A stretch of 60,052 bases of DNA, counting the filler, from Ionaspis alba (taxonomy: Eukaryota): assembly GCA_964255285.1 (NCBI GenBank). It is 3 parts of 3 records of this genome, joined end to end, with 100 filler letters (N's around TTAATTAATTAA, not from the genome) between each part and the next. Parts side by side here need not be neighbours in the genome. Positions count along the whole stretch, not along the records: positions 40,154 to 60,052 come from CAXUUL010000253.1; 2 more parts are not named here. One strand, given 5' to 3'. Position numbers and translations under genes: made by a program. Shown one piece after another: positions 41,258 to 55,253 of this stretch. Under the pieces are notes generated by a model that saw only the letters and a list, made by a program, of their open reading frames with translations, did not search any database and had not been told where the DNA came from. The stretch's first letter is position 1. Each line of letters starts with the position of its first letter.

Positions 41258-44200
41258 GGCTGAGGTAGTAGTGAGAAGGAATGAGACAGAGCAAAGGCGA
41301 GGGAAAGGGTGTGTCCCAATTTCAGAAGGCAGTGATCAGAGAAAGAGAGCAACGAGAGGATAGGTAGAAACGTGCAACATCATTGATAGGGATGGCTTGT
41401 AGGTAGACGATCTGGCAGTCGGGTATTGGGTTTGGGACAGTAGTGATAAAACTGGTTACTGTTAACGACCCGATCCTGCCTTTGTAGTCTGGCCGACAGG
41501 GCAATTTCTCGCAGATGGACGCAGGCTCGCGAGCGTGCGAACATGTATGGTGAGGTTTTCCTGGAGAGTGAATAGATCAGTCCACTAGAAGTGACCTGGC
41601 TTGTAGGAAGTAGATAGGAAGTTATTGAGAGATCGGAGCTCAGAGCAGGACGCCGGAGTGAAAGCCTCTGATCAGCTATGATAAAGGCCGAAGAAGTAAA
41701 AGAGCATGGCGCTGGAGACTGGCAATTGAAGGAGACTGCTCTCTTGACAACGCAACGAATAGAAGGCTAGGCGGGTATTGAATTCAATGTAGAGAGAGGT
41801 CCCTCAATGCTCTCATGTGGCTAGAGGAGAGCACTGAATTTGGCAGAAGTCAACAGATCAATGATTGATAGCGGCTTTGATGAGTAGAGAGCCCTCTTCC
41901 ACCAAATCCGAGGAAGTCAAGCAAACAAGATTCGATTCAAGGTGCGAGCATAGACGTTCCTAGTCGTACAGGAGATCGCGCAACAACTGATCGTGTCCTT
42001 CGCCAGACTTCTTAGCAAATTAGAGCTCGAGAGCCAGAACAATGTCTCTAGTTTACAGTCGTCCACCCGATCAGCGACGATGTAAACTCTGTATTTCTCT
42101 ATCAGCCATCCATCTCTGGCTTCAAGAGATGCTTTCGGTCCTTCTCCTCGAATACGAGCTGTGTCACAGGGCTATGCCTTGGTTGAAGTTTAGCTAAGGT
42201 CTCAAACGTGCTGTTAGCTGTGCCTGAATGCACCACATAGTCCAAGTCATGGTGTCCATGACTGTCAAGCCAGAACATGGAAGTGAACTTCTGTAGAAAG
42301 GATAGAGCTAGGGATGGCAGTCATCGGTTGGCCCCAGCATCCGGCTTCTTCGTTGGCCATTCTCGGTCAGGAGCTGAAACAGAAGGCGCGTTTGTGCAAG
42401 TACTCAGGTGCGCATTGTTGTGACAGTTCGTGCATCTGATATCAAGATCGGCGAAAGATCAAGAGTTGATCATGGCTGCAAGGCATTTGTTGGCACCGTT
42501 TGGCTTGACGCGTAAGCCTTGAGGCGAAGACCTGGTTGATTGACATAGCCTAACGCACAACATTTGAGAGCTGTATGCAGAACCAGAGAACTGTTAGAAC
42601 CTTGTGTAGTGTTGCCACATCGTCTTCGTTGAACCTGCTGACATAGCCCCATTGAAGATGCTTCGATATCAATCCTCGCTTCCACTGGTGTGGCATGATA
42701 ACTGACAAATGATGCCGTGCCGCAGGTGGAGGTACTTGTGCAGATTTAAAATCTTGATCAGACACTTGGTGATGGGCCTGAGATCTAGGATGCTGACTTC
42801 GAGAGCTCATCTTTTAGACCCGTCGCATTGGGTCATGGACCGTGGCTGCAAGGACCCGTACGGAGGCGGAGTATTCCGCGCCTGTGGTAAGGTTGGGCTG
42901 TTATCAACATTGATAACCAAGTTTCACCCCACTGCCATGCAACGTTCGAAGGCCAAAAATCGACAATGTTAGCGGCATGAGACACGCAATGGCGAATAGG
43001 AAAATTCAGAATGGTATTCGTGATGCAGCGGCAATGAGCTCAGCCAGCCAGCATCTGTTGAGTCGTGAAACAATGGGGTACATCAACGGGCCGTGACCCG
43101 AGACGCAAGCGATCTTCATCCCATGACTTAGAGCTGGAGGTTGATGCTTGAAAACTTGATCCACGCCGCACGCATTGCTCCAAGCTGGCAATGACCCACT
43201 CCCTAGCAACTTGAATTTGAAAGAGATGAAGTCGGCTCTGCGGATCCCGAGGGCTCCAATGAGACACACACTCCACGAGCATTGACAGTATGCAAGAATG
43301 CGTTGTGCTCGTACCAAAGAGAAAGAGAACCTCAAGTGGAGAAGCGAACGAATAGTAAAGCTGTGCATAATTGAGCGAACATCATTGCTCGTATTCTTTG
43401 AGAGGGTCGAAACACAGCCACGAACGGTTGTCTCACGATCACAATGACATCTGCACCTTAGCTTAGATAATGCTTCTAGAGAACATCTGGCGGAGCACAA
43501 CGAACTCGACTAGGAAGCTGAAAATCGCTCTGCCGAACAAATGGGTGGCTCGATAGGGCAATTAGGCCGGTGGATGGTGGGAAGTCATCTGTATGGCAGG
43601 AGACGGTAGAAGAAAACGGGGAATATTCGAATGCCGGGTTTTCCACGTGGCCCTTAACAATAGCATACAGCGACAGGAAACGTGCCCTAGCATGGCTCGA
43701 TTGCAAGACGCATCCCGCTTGAGCGATCAACAATCACCACGCCGGCACAAATGTTGTGGTTCGATGGACGATCAGTGGGTTGAGCGAGAATAGAAACACG
43801 GCAACGTCATTTCTCGTGATGAGGGGAAAGCCCTACCGAATGCTTGGCATCAAATACTCGATGATGGAAAGCGAGAATTCCAGTAAGAAGACCAGCCTTG
43901 CTCAGATTGGCCTGACAGACCTCTGCATCGTTAAAGAGTGCCAACGAGCTAGTTCTGAAAGCAGGGAAGAACCGCTCTGCGGCGACCGCGGAAAGAGTAT
44001 GACGATACACGGTGAGCGAAGTCCCTCACGCAGCCCTTTCAGAGAAGCGACTTGCTCCGATGGAGGGCAGTCTTGCAGAGGATATCCTGGGCGAATGCAC
44101 CCTACATAGCAGGTACCCTTTCTCCTTCTCAAGATGTTATTGGCACAAATCGTCCCTGTTTTCCTCATCCATACACACTTAAGCTCAGCCACGGCGTCGA

Positions 44201-47200
44201 GGACATCGCTTGGAATATCCCGTCTTTCTAAGTAGAAAATCTTCCTCACCACCTTGATTATCACACACGTTTTATTAAGTTGTAAGTTGTCATTTGTCGC
44301 TGTGTCGCAAGACACGTGCACTTTCCCAGCCGACCTCGTGATGATCTGCTACCTTCAGTTTAGCTGTTTCTCTGAAGCTTGTGGAGAGGAGTGTGCTTCT
44401 TTGATCGAAGCTACTTTGGCTGTATGCTGGATTACTGGATGGAAGGGCATCGATCTGGAAGGTCGGGCGTCAGGGATTACTGGGATAGATCGGTTCGCGG
44501 CGATCTGTTCCATCATCGGAATCCGAATTGTCCAAATCCTTCGCTACGACTGCAACTTCATTGGGTATCCAAAGATATTCAGATTTCGACACCCCCCAAA
44601 CTTTGCTTCTTTGATTACGAGAGTCATGGCTTCAATATTATTGATTTTCCAGCAAACTTACCCACTGCTGCTCCAACAATACTCCGACTCTGTCACTGCG
44701 CTGATGTACCTAAAAACGGCCTTTATTATTGTTCATAGCGATTCCCTGATTAGACTTGACACCCTGCAGTCCATCTACGACGATTAGGCGCACGAATAGC
44801 GACTCGAATCAGGTCGAAGCTCCCCGAATACGTACCAAATTCCTCCAGTGCCTTTCAAGGCTCGACCTGTGTGCTAAGTAATAGGCATGCTGGCTTGTGT
44901 AAGCAATTATTGAGATGGTTTCATCATCCGCGTGCATGAACCAGATTTGGTAGTGTCGGTGATAGGCACAGAAAGAGCAATCTTGTCAACGATGAAAAGG
45001 CTGTCGTACGTCACTACTACTACCTACTACTACGCTTGAGTATTGGACCATCTCGCTCACCTCGAAAAGTGCTCAAGATTGTGGAGAGTTTTGGCGTCAA
45101 GCATCCAATCTATTCATGCACGGTGCGCTCCCAAGAACTTAGACTCATGCAGTTGCCGCCCGCCACGATTGTTTCCCTTTTCTGATGCTTGTATTACTCC
45201 CCATACTCTCCCAGGGTATCCTCTTCCCCATCGATGGTATCATTGATGCGCGTATGGCAGCTCTCCACACTGAAGCACCCAGATCTTCGTAGACTAGGAA
45301 CTAAACCTCCGAACAACAATAAAGGGTTGAGCGCGCTGCACAGGTGTGCGTCCTTCTGGGATCAGGTGTGTCGCGAAACGGTGGAGATTCATGGTCAGAG
45401 AAAGATTAGATGACTGCAGGTGCCATGCTGAAGGCTAAAATTCCCCGATCATCCTTGCCTCAGAAACTCAGACCTGTGCCAAGGCCGTACGACCTCGCCA
45501 GAGAGTCCGAGTCCGAATTCGCTCAGATGGGGATTCCTAAATATACACCTGCGCGTATTCTTGAGATCTACATACAAGTTCAAGCAAATAAAGAATCAGT
45601 CGATGTACGTCGAGACTTTGTAACAGTATCAAGAATTTAATCGTCAAACAATTTCGTAAATTTATCAATAAATGGCAAATCTCGTTTCAAGCGAAATCAA
45701 ATTGGCAATATATACGGTCGTCGTTGCGCTGTAACCGTAAACACATAAACCCGACCTGAGCAAATTCGCGAATTGGGGACTCAGACCCTTGGAGTTTCTA
45801 AGGCAAGATCATCCATCGCATAACACAGCGAATCAGACGACGCACTACCAGTCAACGTCGTTGAGCGTCGAGTCAGGAAAGCGGAGCGAGAACGGTGACG
45901 GCGCTGGCGGCAGTGGCTTCACTAAGATTAGGCAGGGCGATCCTTCGCATTATTATTGTCATCCTGACAGAGTACGTACCCTTCCTCTTCCGCAATCCTA
46001 CTGCTGAATTGCATTCAGCTTATTGGCAACACCGACGTCCTATCCTCTCCGTAACCGAGTCGTCATCAGGTGCATCCTTCAGAATGATGGAGTCCGAATA
46101 GCATGGGGCTTTCGAGCATTACCGCCCTGAGAGGGGTTGGAGTGACCTGGAGAGAGGTGCATGACAGATACATCATTGAATCCTCGCAAAAGACTTCATT
46201 CTCTATTGGCCAACGTCCATGTGGCTTGCACATTGGATGCAGCGATTCACATCGCCCAGTCCAGTCAGCTAGCCGACCGAGAGAGCTTAAATCCGCATAC
46301 GCGACTAGTCGCAGCACAAGGCAGATGCAACACTCATGGGAAAGCGAAAAGCCACCAAAGGCCTGAGTCCGGATGGTAATTTCTCTCCTCTTAGGGCGAC
46401 TGTTGACGGAACCCATGGGCGGGACTGCTCCGTTGCCTTGTTGCTGTCAGATTACCAGCGATCCGGCCATCGTGATGCTACCATGAAGATGTGTGAACTT
46501 TGTACAGACCAGGCCCATCTTTCAGGAAATAGGCGCAGACGTCACTCTACCCCTTCGACCACATGATGAGTAGGGTATCGTAATTCACTCAATCAAAGCC
46601 TTCTTCTAATTTCCCATGATCGACGACGTACTTACATACTCTCTATCTCTACATGGCATGAAAAGCCACAGACAACCACCAGCTACTGCAAGCCCCAACC
46701 ACCCGGACCCGGGGAAGAGTGGGTTGACGTTTAGCTGGGATGATGAGGTGCGACTAGATGACCAGTAAGTGGTACTGAATTCACCAGAATAACTCTGTAG
46801 CAGGCAGGTCGGCTATGGAGGCCGTGGGCGCTGGACCGAAATCGACAATAATTCCATTATTCCAGAACGAGTATGGAGGGATATGGAGCAGATGGGGCAG
46901 GGATGAAAATCCTACCACCAGTGCACGAACCAATGCGAGGCGCAAGATAGCAACATCCTCTGTTGGTGCTCTTGGAATTCGACAACCCTGCTGGCCAGCA
47001 CCTGCCACGAGTTTCACAGCACAATCCTAAGAATGAACCCATGGACCCCCATCCATCCATACCACACACTACTCTGCTTGGACTATCACCGCTGATCCTC
47101 CATCACGGCCTTTCTTTCTTCTGCGTCTGTCTTTTCACCAATTCCGACTTGCTGATGTGTTTCACGACCGAACCGCTTCACCCAACTTTGTCCATGTTGA

Positions 47201-47941
47201 CTCAGACTGGCCACCATTTGCTTCTTCGAGCGATTGCTCTGCTCCTGCGCGTTGCCTGTCGATCTTGATCTTGCTTTACACCCGGAACTTGGTTATTGGG
47301 ACTCGCTATCCTCCCCTGCCACTTCCAAGTTCCCAGAAGATCTTCCATCAAGCTTGTGAGCAGGCATCTATCATCACCTGCATTGTTTTTTGCGCCAGCC
47401 CATTCTCCCAATATTTGCTACTTACCCAGCCAGGACACTACGACGACCAGTGGCTTGGGTGATCGCTCTGTCATTCTCGGTCCCGCCGCTATCCTGCGTT
47501 GATTTAGTACAAATCTAGATCTGCTTATACTTGCCCATCATCCCATTGAGATTGTTGTTAAGACTGGGTTGGCAACCCCTTCGTTCATCCCTCCACGTCC
47601 GCAGTCTACGTCTTCGTGTTCTCGGTCAAAACGGTTGTATAACCAGAACCGTTGAGCTAGGTCTCCTGCATGTGTTGTGGGAGGGCTCTAATCGTGCATT
47701 GCTCTGCCCCCGATCTGTCCGAGCTGCATGGCCACGGAACCAGTTGTAGGGCAAGCGAAGTGAAACAGGCTTTGCATATGATCTGAGGCGCATGCTGGTG
47801 GAAGGTCCTACACGGCTGCGGGGAGGAAGGGTTCAGACTGAAACGCAAATACGGACCGGAACTTTGGCCCTCGGCTCATATCTCGAAGCAGGCCCTGGTA
47901 CAAAAGAAAACTTCGCCTGCGTCGTGGGCTCAGACTTTACC

Positions 47942-49306
47942 ATGCAACCCATACGAACAAATGCATTAGATTCAAGGTCCTCACCTACAACACTCAATAA
48001 CACTACATCACTCCCATCTCAAACCGACATGCCGCTCATCCCAACGCATATCAACACTGGCCGTCGAAGAAAGTCGTCAAAGGGCAGTCTTGGTGCAATC
48101 ATCAAGCGGTCCGTCTCGACACCAAACGTTCGTGGTCTTGCTTCGGGGGAAGTTGCCATGTCGCTGGCGGAGAAGAGGCGCAACAAATTGGGATATCATC
48201 GAACCTCAGTGGCTTGTGGTAAGTAGCCTTCAATGGTTGGCTCTGCTAGGTATGGACTAGAAAGCTGATATCTAGAATATCAGTTCACTGCAGACGTCGG
48301 AAGATACGCTGTTTACTTGCACCAGATGACCACCAGAACCGCTGTTCCAACTGTATACGATTGAAGAAGGAATGCAACTTCTTCCCAGTCGACCAGCAAC
48401 CTCCAGTTGATCGCCGTCCCCGCGCCGGATCCAAGTCAACAGCGCGGTCCGGGAACACCTCAGGCTCTTCATCATCATCTCCAGGTCTTAATCCAGGACA
48501 AAGCATAGGGCAAGTGGATCACTATGGCCCGTATCCAATTCTGCCACTCTCGACCACCCACTCATTCCCTAATTCCATGAATGGAAGCATTCTTTCGCCT
48601 CCTGGAAGCGCAGGTCAGTATTGTCCATCCATTTCCTATGGGAAGAGATCGCTGATTGACCGTCTCTGCAGCTCAATTTGGTCCTCGAAGCTACGAGATA
48701 TCGCCCAACCACGATCGGCCAACCTGGGAAACCCCCTTCTATGACCATGGTTCAGTATCCGCCGGAACACAGATTCACGACGACCACTCGAATGGATACT
48801 CTCCATTAACTCCGTTCTCGCCATTCACCTCAGGACCGTCAAGTGCCATGCACTCGCAAGGTCGTGATGTGGGTGGGGGATTCGCGCCATGGGGGGGCCC
48901 GCGGCAAGATGCTGCATGGCCATTACCAGGTCGGTCGCATTCGTACGGCAATCTCGAGGATATGCCGCATTATTCTCAAGGCAACTACTCCCAACAATTC
49001 AGTCGTCGAGCATCGGACATGCCTCATCCACCATCTCTTCATACGAGCGCAAATTCATCCAGTACGTCAATGGTAGAAACTCCAAATGTGCCTATGTCGG
49101 CACCCATGTCAAGTCAACCACTGCACAGTTATGGCCTACCTCCAGCATGGCATTCACACCCTGGACAGCCGACCATGAACAAACCTGCAGAGTATGGTGT
49201 TTGGTATCCAGAGCCGGGGCAATTGGCGAAAGTGCAGGAAGAGGAGATCAGCCATCACTTCGGACCTGACGCTGCTGTTCTTTACTCGAGTGCTGGACAC
49301 CACTAA
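47942..49306 (+). CDS. Zn(II)2Cys6 transcription factor, 3 exons
   Basis: KRRNKLGYHRTSVACVHCRRRKIRCLLAPDDHQNRCSNCIRLKKEC formed across intron 48219-48283; second intron ~48614-48671; S/P-rich tail. Start codon uncertain. Confidence 0.9.
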
Positions 49307-52300
49307 ACCTCAAATGACGATACAATTCGTTCGGTCGGCATCTCGGACAAGAGCAAGATCTCTTGTGGTTCGCAAGAGCTGGCCGCTAGTTTTCTCCTAA
49401 AGGTGGAGGTTACATGATCAAACACAGATGCGATCCAAGCAGACGACGATTACAGGACAGGAAATCTACGAAAAGGCATAGCATGGCAAGACCAATGCAT
49501 ATTGCCTGATACGGCATTCAAAAAGGAGCAGCGCATCTACGACTCTCACGTTCTGTACATTCGAACATTAGCATCATCACTGCTGCGTCTCCAGCCGCGA
49601 GAATTCTCCAGTCTTTTCACATTTCGGGGCAATATGGCGTTCTGAGCGAAAAGGTCTAAAGAGTGGGAAGAATTATGAGAGGTTTGGCACAAACGCAAAC
49701 GTCTATTTTACGATCGGACAATGGGTTTCTGCGATTTTCTTGATTTCACATTCTCTGTATATCTATCATCTGCCATTTATTACAATTCAAAAAAAATCTC
49801 GAAAAAATCTCAGACTGCATATCATGGACGTCTCACTTCCTCGATGCCAAGCCTAGTATTAAGCCTCTTTCTAGCCATGCTCAATTCCACTCACAGCACG
49901 CCAATTTGCATTCTCCTTCTACAGAATCATCTCTCGAACGTCTACAATTTTCAAACATCTTTGTCACCCTCAAATCTCCACCTTTCGCACCAAAACCTCA
50001 CACAAACCTGTTTCGACTGCCCGGTTACAAATCATTACCCACCCACCCTGCACGCTTCCTTATTCCCAGATGCAAATCAGTCTCACACCGACCCAGCCCT
50101 ACCCTCACCCCCATCCTAGCAACGATCACCCATCCCAGGAAGGATGATCCAGACGCTCATTAGCCGCGGCTATACCAGTCTCCAGGCGCACCACTCCTTC
50201 ACCGCTTCCACACTTCCCTGGCAACCTCCAGTGAACTGCCGTCGAAACAAGCTTAATCTTTCTCTCCTCCCTCGGATTGGCTTGGCTTTGCAGATCCGCT
50301 ATCCGGTTGGCTCGACGTGGGCCGGATGAAGGACCGTACCCTACTCCCTGCGTCGATCATCGGTGAGGGATTGGTAAAAGGGCAACCCACCCCCACCGAC
50401 GACACGTTGTCTGCCGCGCAGTCAGGCGTCACGATGGGATTTGCATGAGCTACAGTTTCCGCTGAGCGCATGACGTTGCGGGCATGCTGCTGCTGCTAGG
50501 GCATTTGCCTGCTCACGAGCAGGAGGAGGCAGGATGCCGCGCCTACCGCTTAGGTGAGATGTGTTCCGTGGATTGGCGCTCGTGCTTTTGTGGTCTTCCT
50601 GCGGGGTGGCTGGGGGTGCTGTTGATGTGGACACCGGTCTTTGCTTCGGGGGTCGAGGGAATGACACGCGGAATGTTGCGGGTGTGCCTGAAATGAAGGG
50701 GGTCATCGTTCTGTTTCGGGAGGGCCCGTTACTGGTCGTCTGATGGACGAATGACCCGGATGCTGGGATTAGGTAAGAAGATGGTGGGATGCGCTCGATC
50801 TTGAATGATGCTGTGGCTCGAAAAGAGCAAGATACGAGGTGGGCAGTCGGTGAGCATTGGATGGAACGGTTCGCGGGTTATGTTCGTATATCTGGTATGC
50901 GTCAGGTGCGCTTCAGGATTGAATGGATCGGCTCTAGCATTGTTGCTGCGAGATCACGTCACCTGACTGGACTGTTTGGCTAATTTTAAGCCACAGTTGG
51001 GGCGCAATGGATTTGAACGATGTGGCTGGTATCGCATAGAAGACAGACTACGTTTTCCTGCCTATACGAACTCAATGGCTTCTATGCTATTTGATCTCTT
51101 AGGTAATCGAGCATCCGCTGCTAGTTGGGTTCGTCATTGGTTCAGCCTCACCAACCACTTGCTGCTCTTCATGATAGATGTCCAGCAAATTGCCTCTCTT
51201 GCGATCGGAATCATGTGCCAACGCCAGTTTTGAGTCTGGGCTTATCTGGGCGCAGATACTCCTGATTCGAAGAAGTCACAAAAGTTTCACCACTTCACCG
51301 CTCCTCGATTCCCTCGATCAACTGAACAACCTCCCGCCAATGACGCTTCCGTCCTCTCAAGCTCCTATAGATCCCGCGTTCCTCCCAATCTATTTGGGGC
51401 TTATTCTCCGAAAACGTGGACTGCGTGCGACGAGTGCTGCCCCTAAGTTCCGAGCAGGATTTTGGGGTTCGAGACTCGTGGATGCTTCCGCGATAGAGAA
51501 TTAAGCGCGCCGATGGGCTTCACGCGGTGGGAAGACTAGTCGGACATCTCGCTAAGCAATGCAAGACAGGGGTGTCTGTCTGTGGAATATTTATTACTCC
51601 TCGTCATCTGATAGTGGTGTTCGAGGATGGCTGCTGACTTACGATGTAAGATCTTGACGTCCGATAGGAGTAGCGAGCTTTGTGACCCTAGGGCGAGGGA
51701 AGGAACTGCATCAGGTTGATTGTTATGCTCCTTTCGGAGCAGTCTCCGAGACGAGCTGATTGGGCGGAGAGGTCGTTCTCGAATCATTGCCGTTGGTATG
51801 TGGGTGAGAATTGAATCACTCCTGCTTGTCCTCGGTAAGGTACAGTCTGAATAATCATGTCGGTGGTTGATGAGATCTACATCGCGGTTTCATGTGGCTC
51901 AGGCTGAGCATCTGGCAGCGTGGGCATTGGTGGGGGCTACGGTCATCCGATGGAAGAAGTTCAGAGAGGATTCCTGTTGGGTGTAGTGATCTAGTAGAGA
52001 ATACGTGCGGCTCTGTGACGAATGATATAATCCTCCATGAGGTGGCTTGGGCTTGCAGGTCGTACGGAGCTGGATCAGGGACTACGTTGGCAAGGAGGTC
52101 CTCTGTACAATCCAAGCCGACGTGTTCACCGAGTTCTCCGGTCTTGATCAGGATTGATGGTGTAGCACCTGACGGGTCGTGGTATCTGATGTGTAGGATT
52201 TATCTCTCCGATGAAGCGGGATTAAAGGTGGGCTGCACAGCGCTAGGGTGGGGGGCAACGACGACGTGGTAGCCAGGGTTGTGGTTGTGTATGCAGGAAA

Positions 52301-52658
52301 ATGTCTACGACTGGTCACACATGACTGACGCGTGTCAGGGTTGGTGATAACAGAGGTGAAACTGCTTGGTGCTGGTAGATTGGCTGTGCGGGATAAATAG
52401 GTAGACTGGCTAGATTGGCTATGCTGGAAGTCATGAGCTATCTACAGATTGCACTGTTCCTTCCTGATTAGCAGGAAGCTGATTGTTTCATTCAAACTGG
52501 CACCATTAATATGAGAAAGTTCGCTCGCTAAAGTGTAACAAAATGCAGATTGGCAATGCAGTTTTGTGCCGAGATAGCTAATAAGCGCGCCAGATGGGTG
52601 TAGATTCCAGGTTATGTACACAAGTTACCACATCGATCGATAGCACTCTAGCCACCCT

Positions 52659-54536
52659 CTATTCCTCGATGTACTCGTCATCATCGTCCTCAGGCTCAGA
52701 GAGTGCTGCATCAGACTCGGTTTCCTCATCGCCTCCAGTCGCCTTGATCGATGTGGTCTTAGTACTAGCAGCTTTGCGAGCACTCCGAGACTTGGTAGGC
52801 GTAGGATCAGAAGGAGTAACTTTCCTGCCTTTACTTTTGCTGGGAGATGCTTTCGTAAACTTGGTCGCAGATGCCTTCTTCCCTTTGCCAGGCTTCGCAT
52901 TTGTCTCTTCGTTCATCTCTAAATCTTCTCCTTCCTCCTCACTGTCCTGCTTCGTACCCTTCTTGGTCTTCTTCTTCGTTGAATCCACACCTCCCTTTCT
53001 TACTCCAGTTCTCTTTACCAATTCCTCTAAAGGACAACGATCGTCCCAACCAGCACTGTTCTCTCCAGTGATGGCCCGGCACCTTCCGCATTCTTTCCCA
53101 TGCTTGATCAGTAGCTGATGTAGGCTATACTTCAACCCATCGGGCACTCTGACATCACAATGCGCGAATGTGGTGTCTCTTGTAGCTTTTTCCGGAACCC
53201 AGCCCAGCCACTTGCAGAGCCGGAACACGTGGGTATCGACGGCAAAACTGGGACGTTGCATACAGAAGAGAAGGGTACAAGAAGCGGTCTTGACGCCAAT
53301 GCCAGGAAGAGTGATGAGCTTGTTGAAAGCGGCTTCGGCAGACATCGCATGGACATAGTCGAGTGTCAGGGCATCTGAGTCGGCAAGCATTTTCTCAGCT
53401 GCCTTCTCGATTAGAGCAGCTTCAGTGTCTTCTTCAATATCAGGCTTGGCGTCCAGTGGATTTTCCTTTTTAGCAGCAATGGCAGCACGGCGATCCTGAT
53501 TTTCTTTGTAGACCATGTCCAGTATTCCCGCAATGCATTTGCTTTTAGTTTGTGCTAAGCCGCCACGCTTGATTGCTTCGCAAATTTCATCACGCCCTGC
53601 GAGACGAACGGCGTTCCAGTCAATGCAACCTTTACTTATTCCAGTCTTGAGAATGCCAAAGCGCTTGATTAGGCCTTGGACAGCCAGTGCAGCATTTCCA
53701 TTGGATGTGTGAGCACTCAAAAGAGTACGCATAAGTGCCTCCAAGACGCAAGGTACTTCGCCACATCCGGCGACCGTCAAAGAGGGGAGAGGTATGGATT
53801 CTGGCATGCGCACCGTACCGTGCTTCTTACTAAGAATATCATTGACAGTCTCACATTCTTCTGGAGTCGGATGGATGAGATCCGGGTAAGGCGTCTCGCC
53901 GAGTGTAACACCATAAGTGTTAGCTTTCTTCTTACGAGATCTCTTAGTTGGAGAGCCTTCAACAATGACGCTGGCTGCAGTAGTGGTATCGACCGTTGAT
54001 TTGATGTCCTCTGCATCTTGCTTAGTGACGATCACCTCTTCTCCATGAGATTTTTTGGCTGGTGGGTCAATGTCGTCTTTGACGTCCTTTGCTTTCACCT
54101 CGCTGGAGCTGACGATCCTACCCAGACCATGAGGAAGCTCATCAGGATCTGTCTCGATTTTGACGGCGGATGCTCGTTTGCGCTTTTTGGTGTTTGCTTG
54201 CGCGTGGACTTTGGCGTTCTCTGCGACCTTCTTTTCGTTTGCAGCGCTCTTTGCCTGCAAGGTCTTTCCGTTTTGTTCAGAGAATTGCGCTTCATCCTTA
54301 GGAATCGGGCTTGAGATCTTTGTTTCAGCCTTCACTGAATTTTTCTCGGTATTGGATGCAGATTTAGCTTTAGTGATCGTACTCTTTGGTGTCGCTTTCT
54401 TGGACGTAGACTGTTTGGACAGGGGAGCAGGTGTAGCAGGCGGACTAGTCAGTTGTTGAGGAATGTTTTCCTTATCTAATTTAGCAAGGAAAGCTGCTTC
54501 TTTCGCTGCTGCGCCACGTGTTGTGCGCATAGCCAT
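52659..54536 (-). CDS. HhH-GPD superfamily DNA glycosylase with long Lys-rich disordered termini
   Basis: VLEALMRTLLSAHTS, IKRGGLAQTKS, HhH motif LPGIGVKTASC, catalytic FAVDTHVFRL, LHQLLIKHGKECGRC. Start placed at MAMRTTR. Confidence 0.9.
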   Translation of the reverse strand: MAMRTTRGAAAKEAAFLAKLDKENIPQQLTSPPATPAPLSKQSTSKKATPKSTITKAKSASNTEKNSVKAETKISSPIPKDEAQFSEQNGKTLQAKSAANEKKVAENAKVHAQANTKKRKRASAVKIETDPDELPHGLGRIVSSSEVKAKDVKDDIDPPAKKSHGEEVIVTKQDAEDIKSTVDTTTAASVIVEGSPTKRSRKKKANTYGVTLGETPYPDLIHPTPEECETVNDILSKKHGTVRMPESIPLPSLTVAGCGEVPCVLEALMRTLLSAHTSNGNAALAVQGLIKRFGILKTGISKGCIDWNAVRLAGRDEICEAIKRGGLAQTKSKCIAGILDMVYKENQDRRAAIAAKKENPLDAKPDIEEDTEAALIEKAAEKMLADSDALTLDYVHAMSAEAAFNKLITLPGIGVKTASCTLLFCMQRPSFAVDTHVFRLCKWLGWVPEKATRDTTFAHCDVRVPDGLKYSLHQLLIKHGKECGRCRAITGENSAGWDDRCPLEELVKRTGVRKGGVDSTKKKTKKGTKQDSEEEGEDLEMNEETNAKPGKGKKASATKFTKASPSKSKGRKVTPSDPTPTKSRSARKAASTKTTSIKATGGDEETESDAALSEPEDDDDEYIEE

Positions 54537-55253
54537 GGCAAAAGAAGATTGCGATGATGAGATTCCGACAACGCCTGTACAAGCGCGAAAGATCTGCTTG
54601 GTGTGACAATGTGGGCTAAAATGTTTTGGCGGATAATTGAGATAGACTCGGGCCACTCGACAGGTGCCGGAGATGGAGATACTCAAAAGACAAGACGTGT
54701 TGTGATGACTTCTAGATTTCGCTCAGAAGGAGCTGGACAGAGATTAATGGATGAATGACTTGATAGGTGATCTAATGAACGAAGATGAGAAGTAATAGAC
54801 TTGATACTCGAAGAATGGAGTGTTTGACCTAGGCTTTACTTTGAGAGACGGTCAAAGATGGAGCGCAGGACTCACACGTTTAACGGAATAGTGAATGATA
54901 TTATTCACCTCAAGTAAAGATCTATTTATTAGAAACAGGCTCATCTAGTTGGGATGAAATGGTGAGAGTAATGGCTTTTCCGGGGAAATCTGCAATGACG
55001 TCGTGACAGGTAACACTAACAAGCGAGATCCAGGAACAGATTCACTACGATCTTGGTCCAGATCGCGGGCCTAAATCTAGTGCCTTGACACCATATTTGG
55101 TAGATCAATAACATGATTTGGCAATAACGTGCACTTGGGGCCTCTATGTAGATATCTCTCATCGTGATGAAAAGCAGACTGACCTTGCTGCTAAGGACAG
55201 GCAGAAGATCACCGAAATGCAACAGCTAACTGTGTCGAAGACTATAGTATAAT

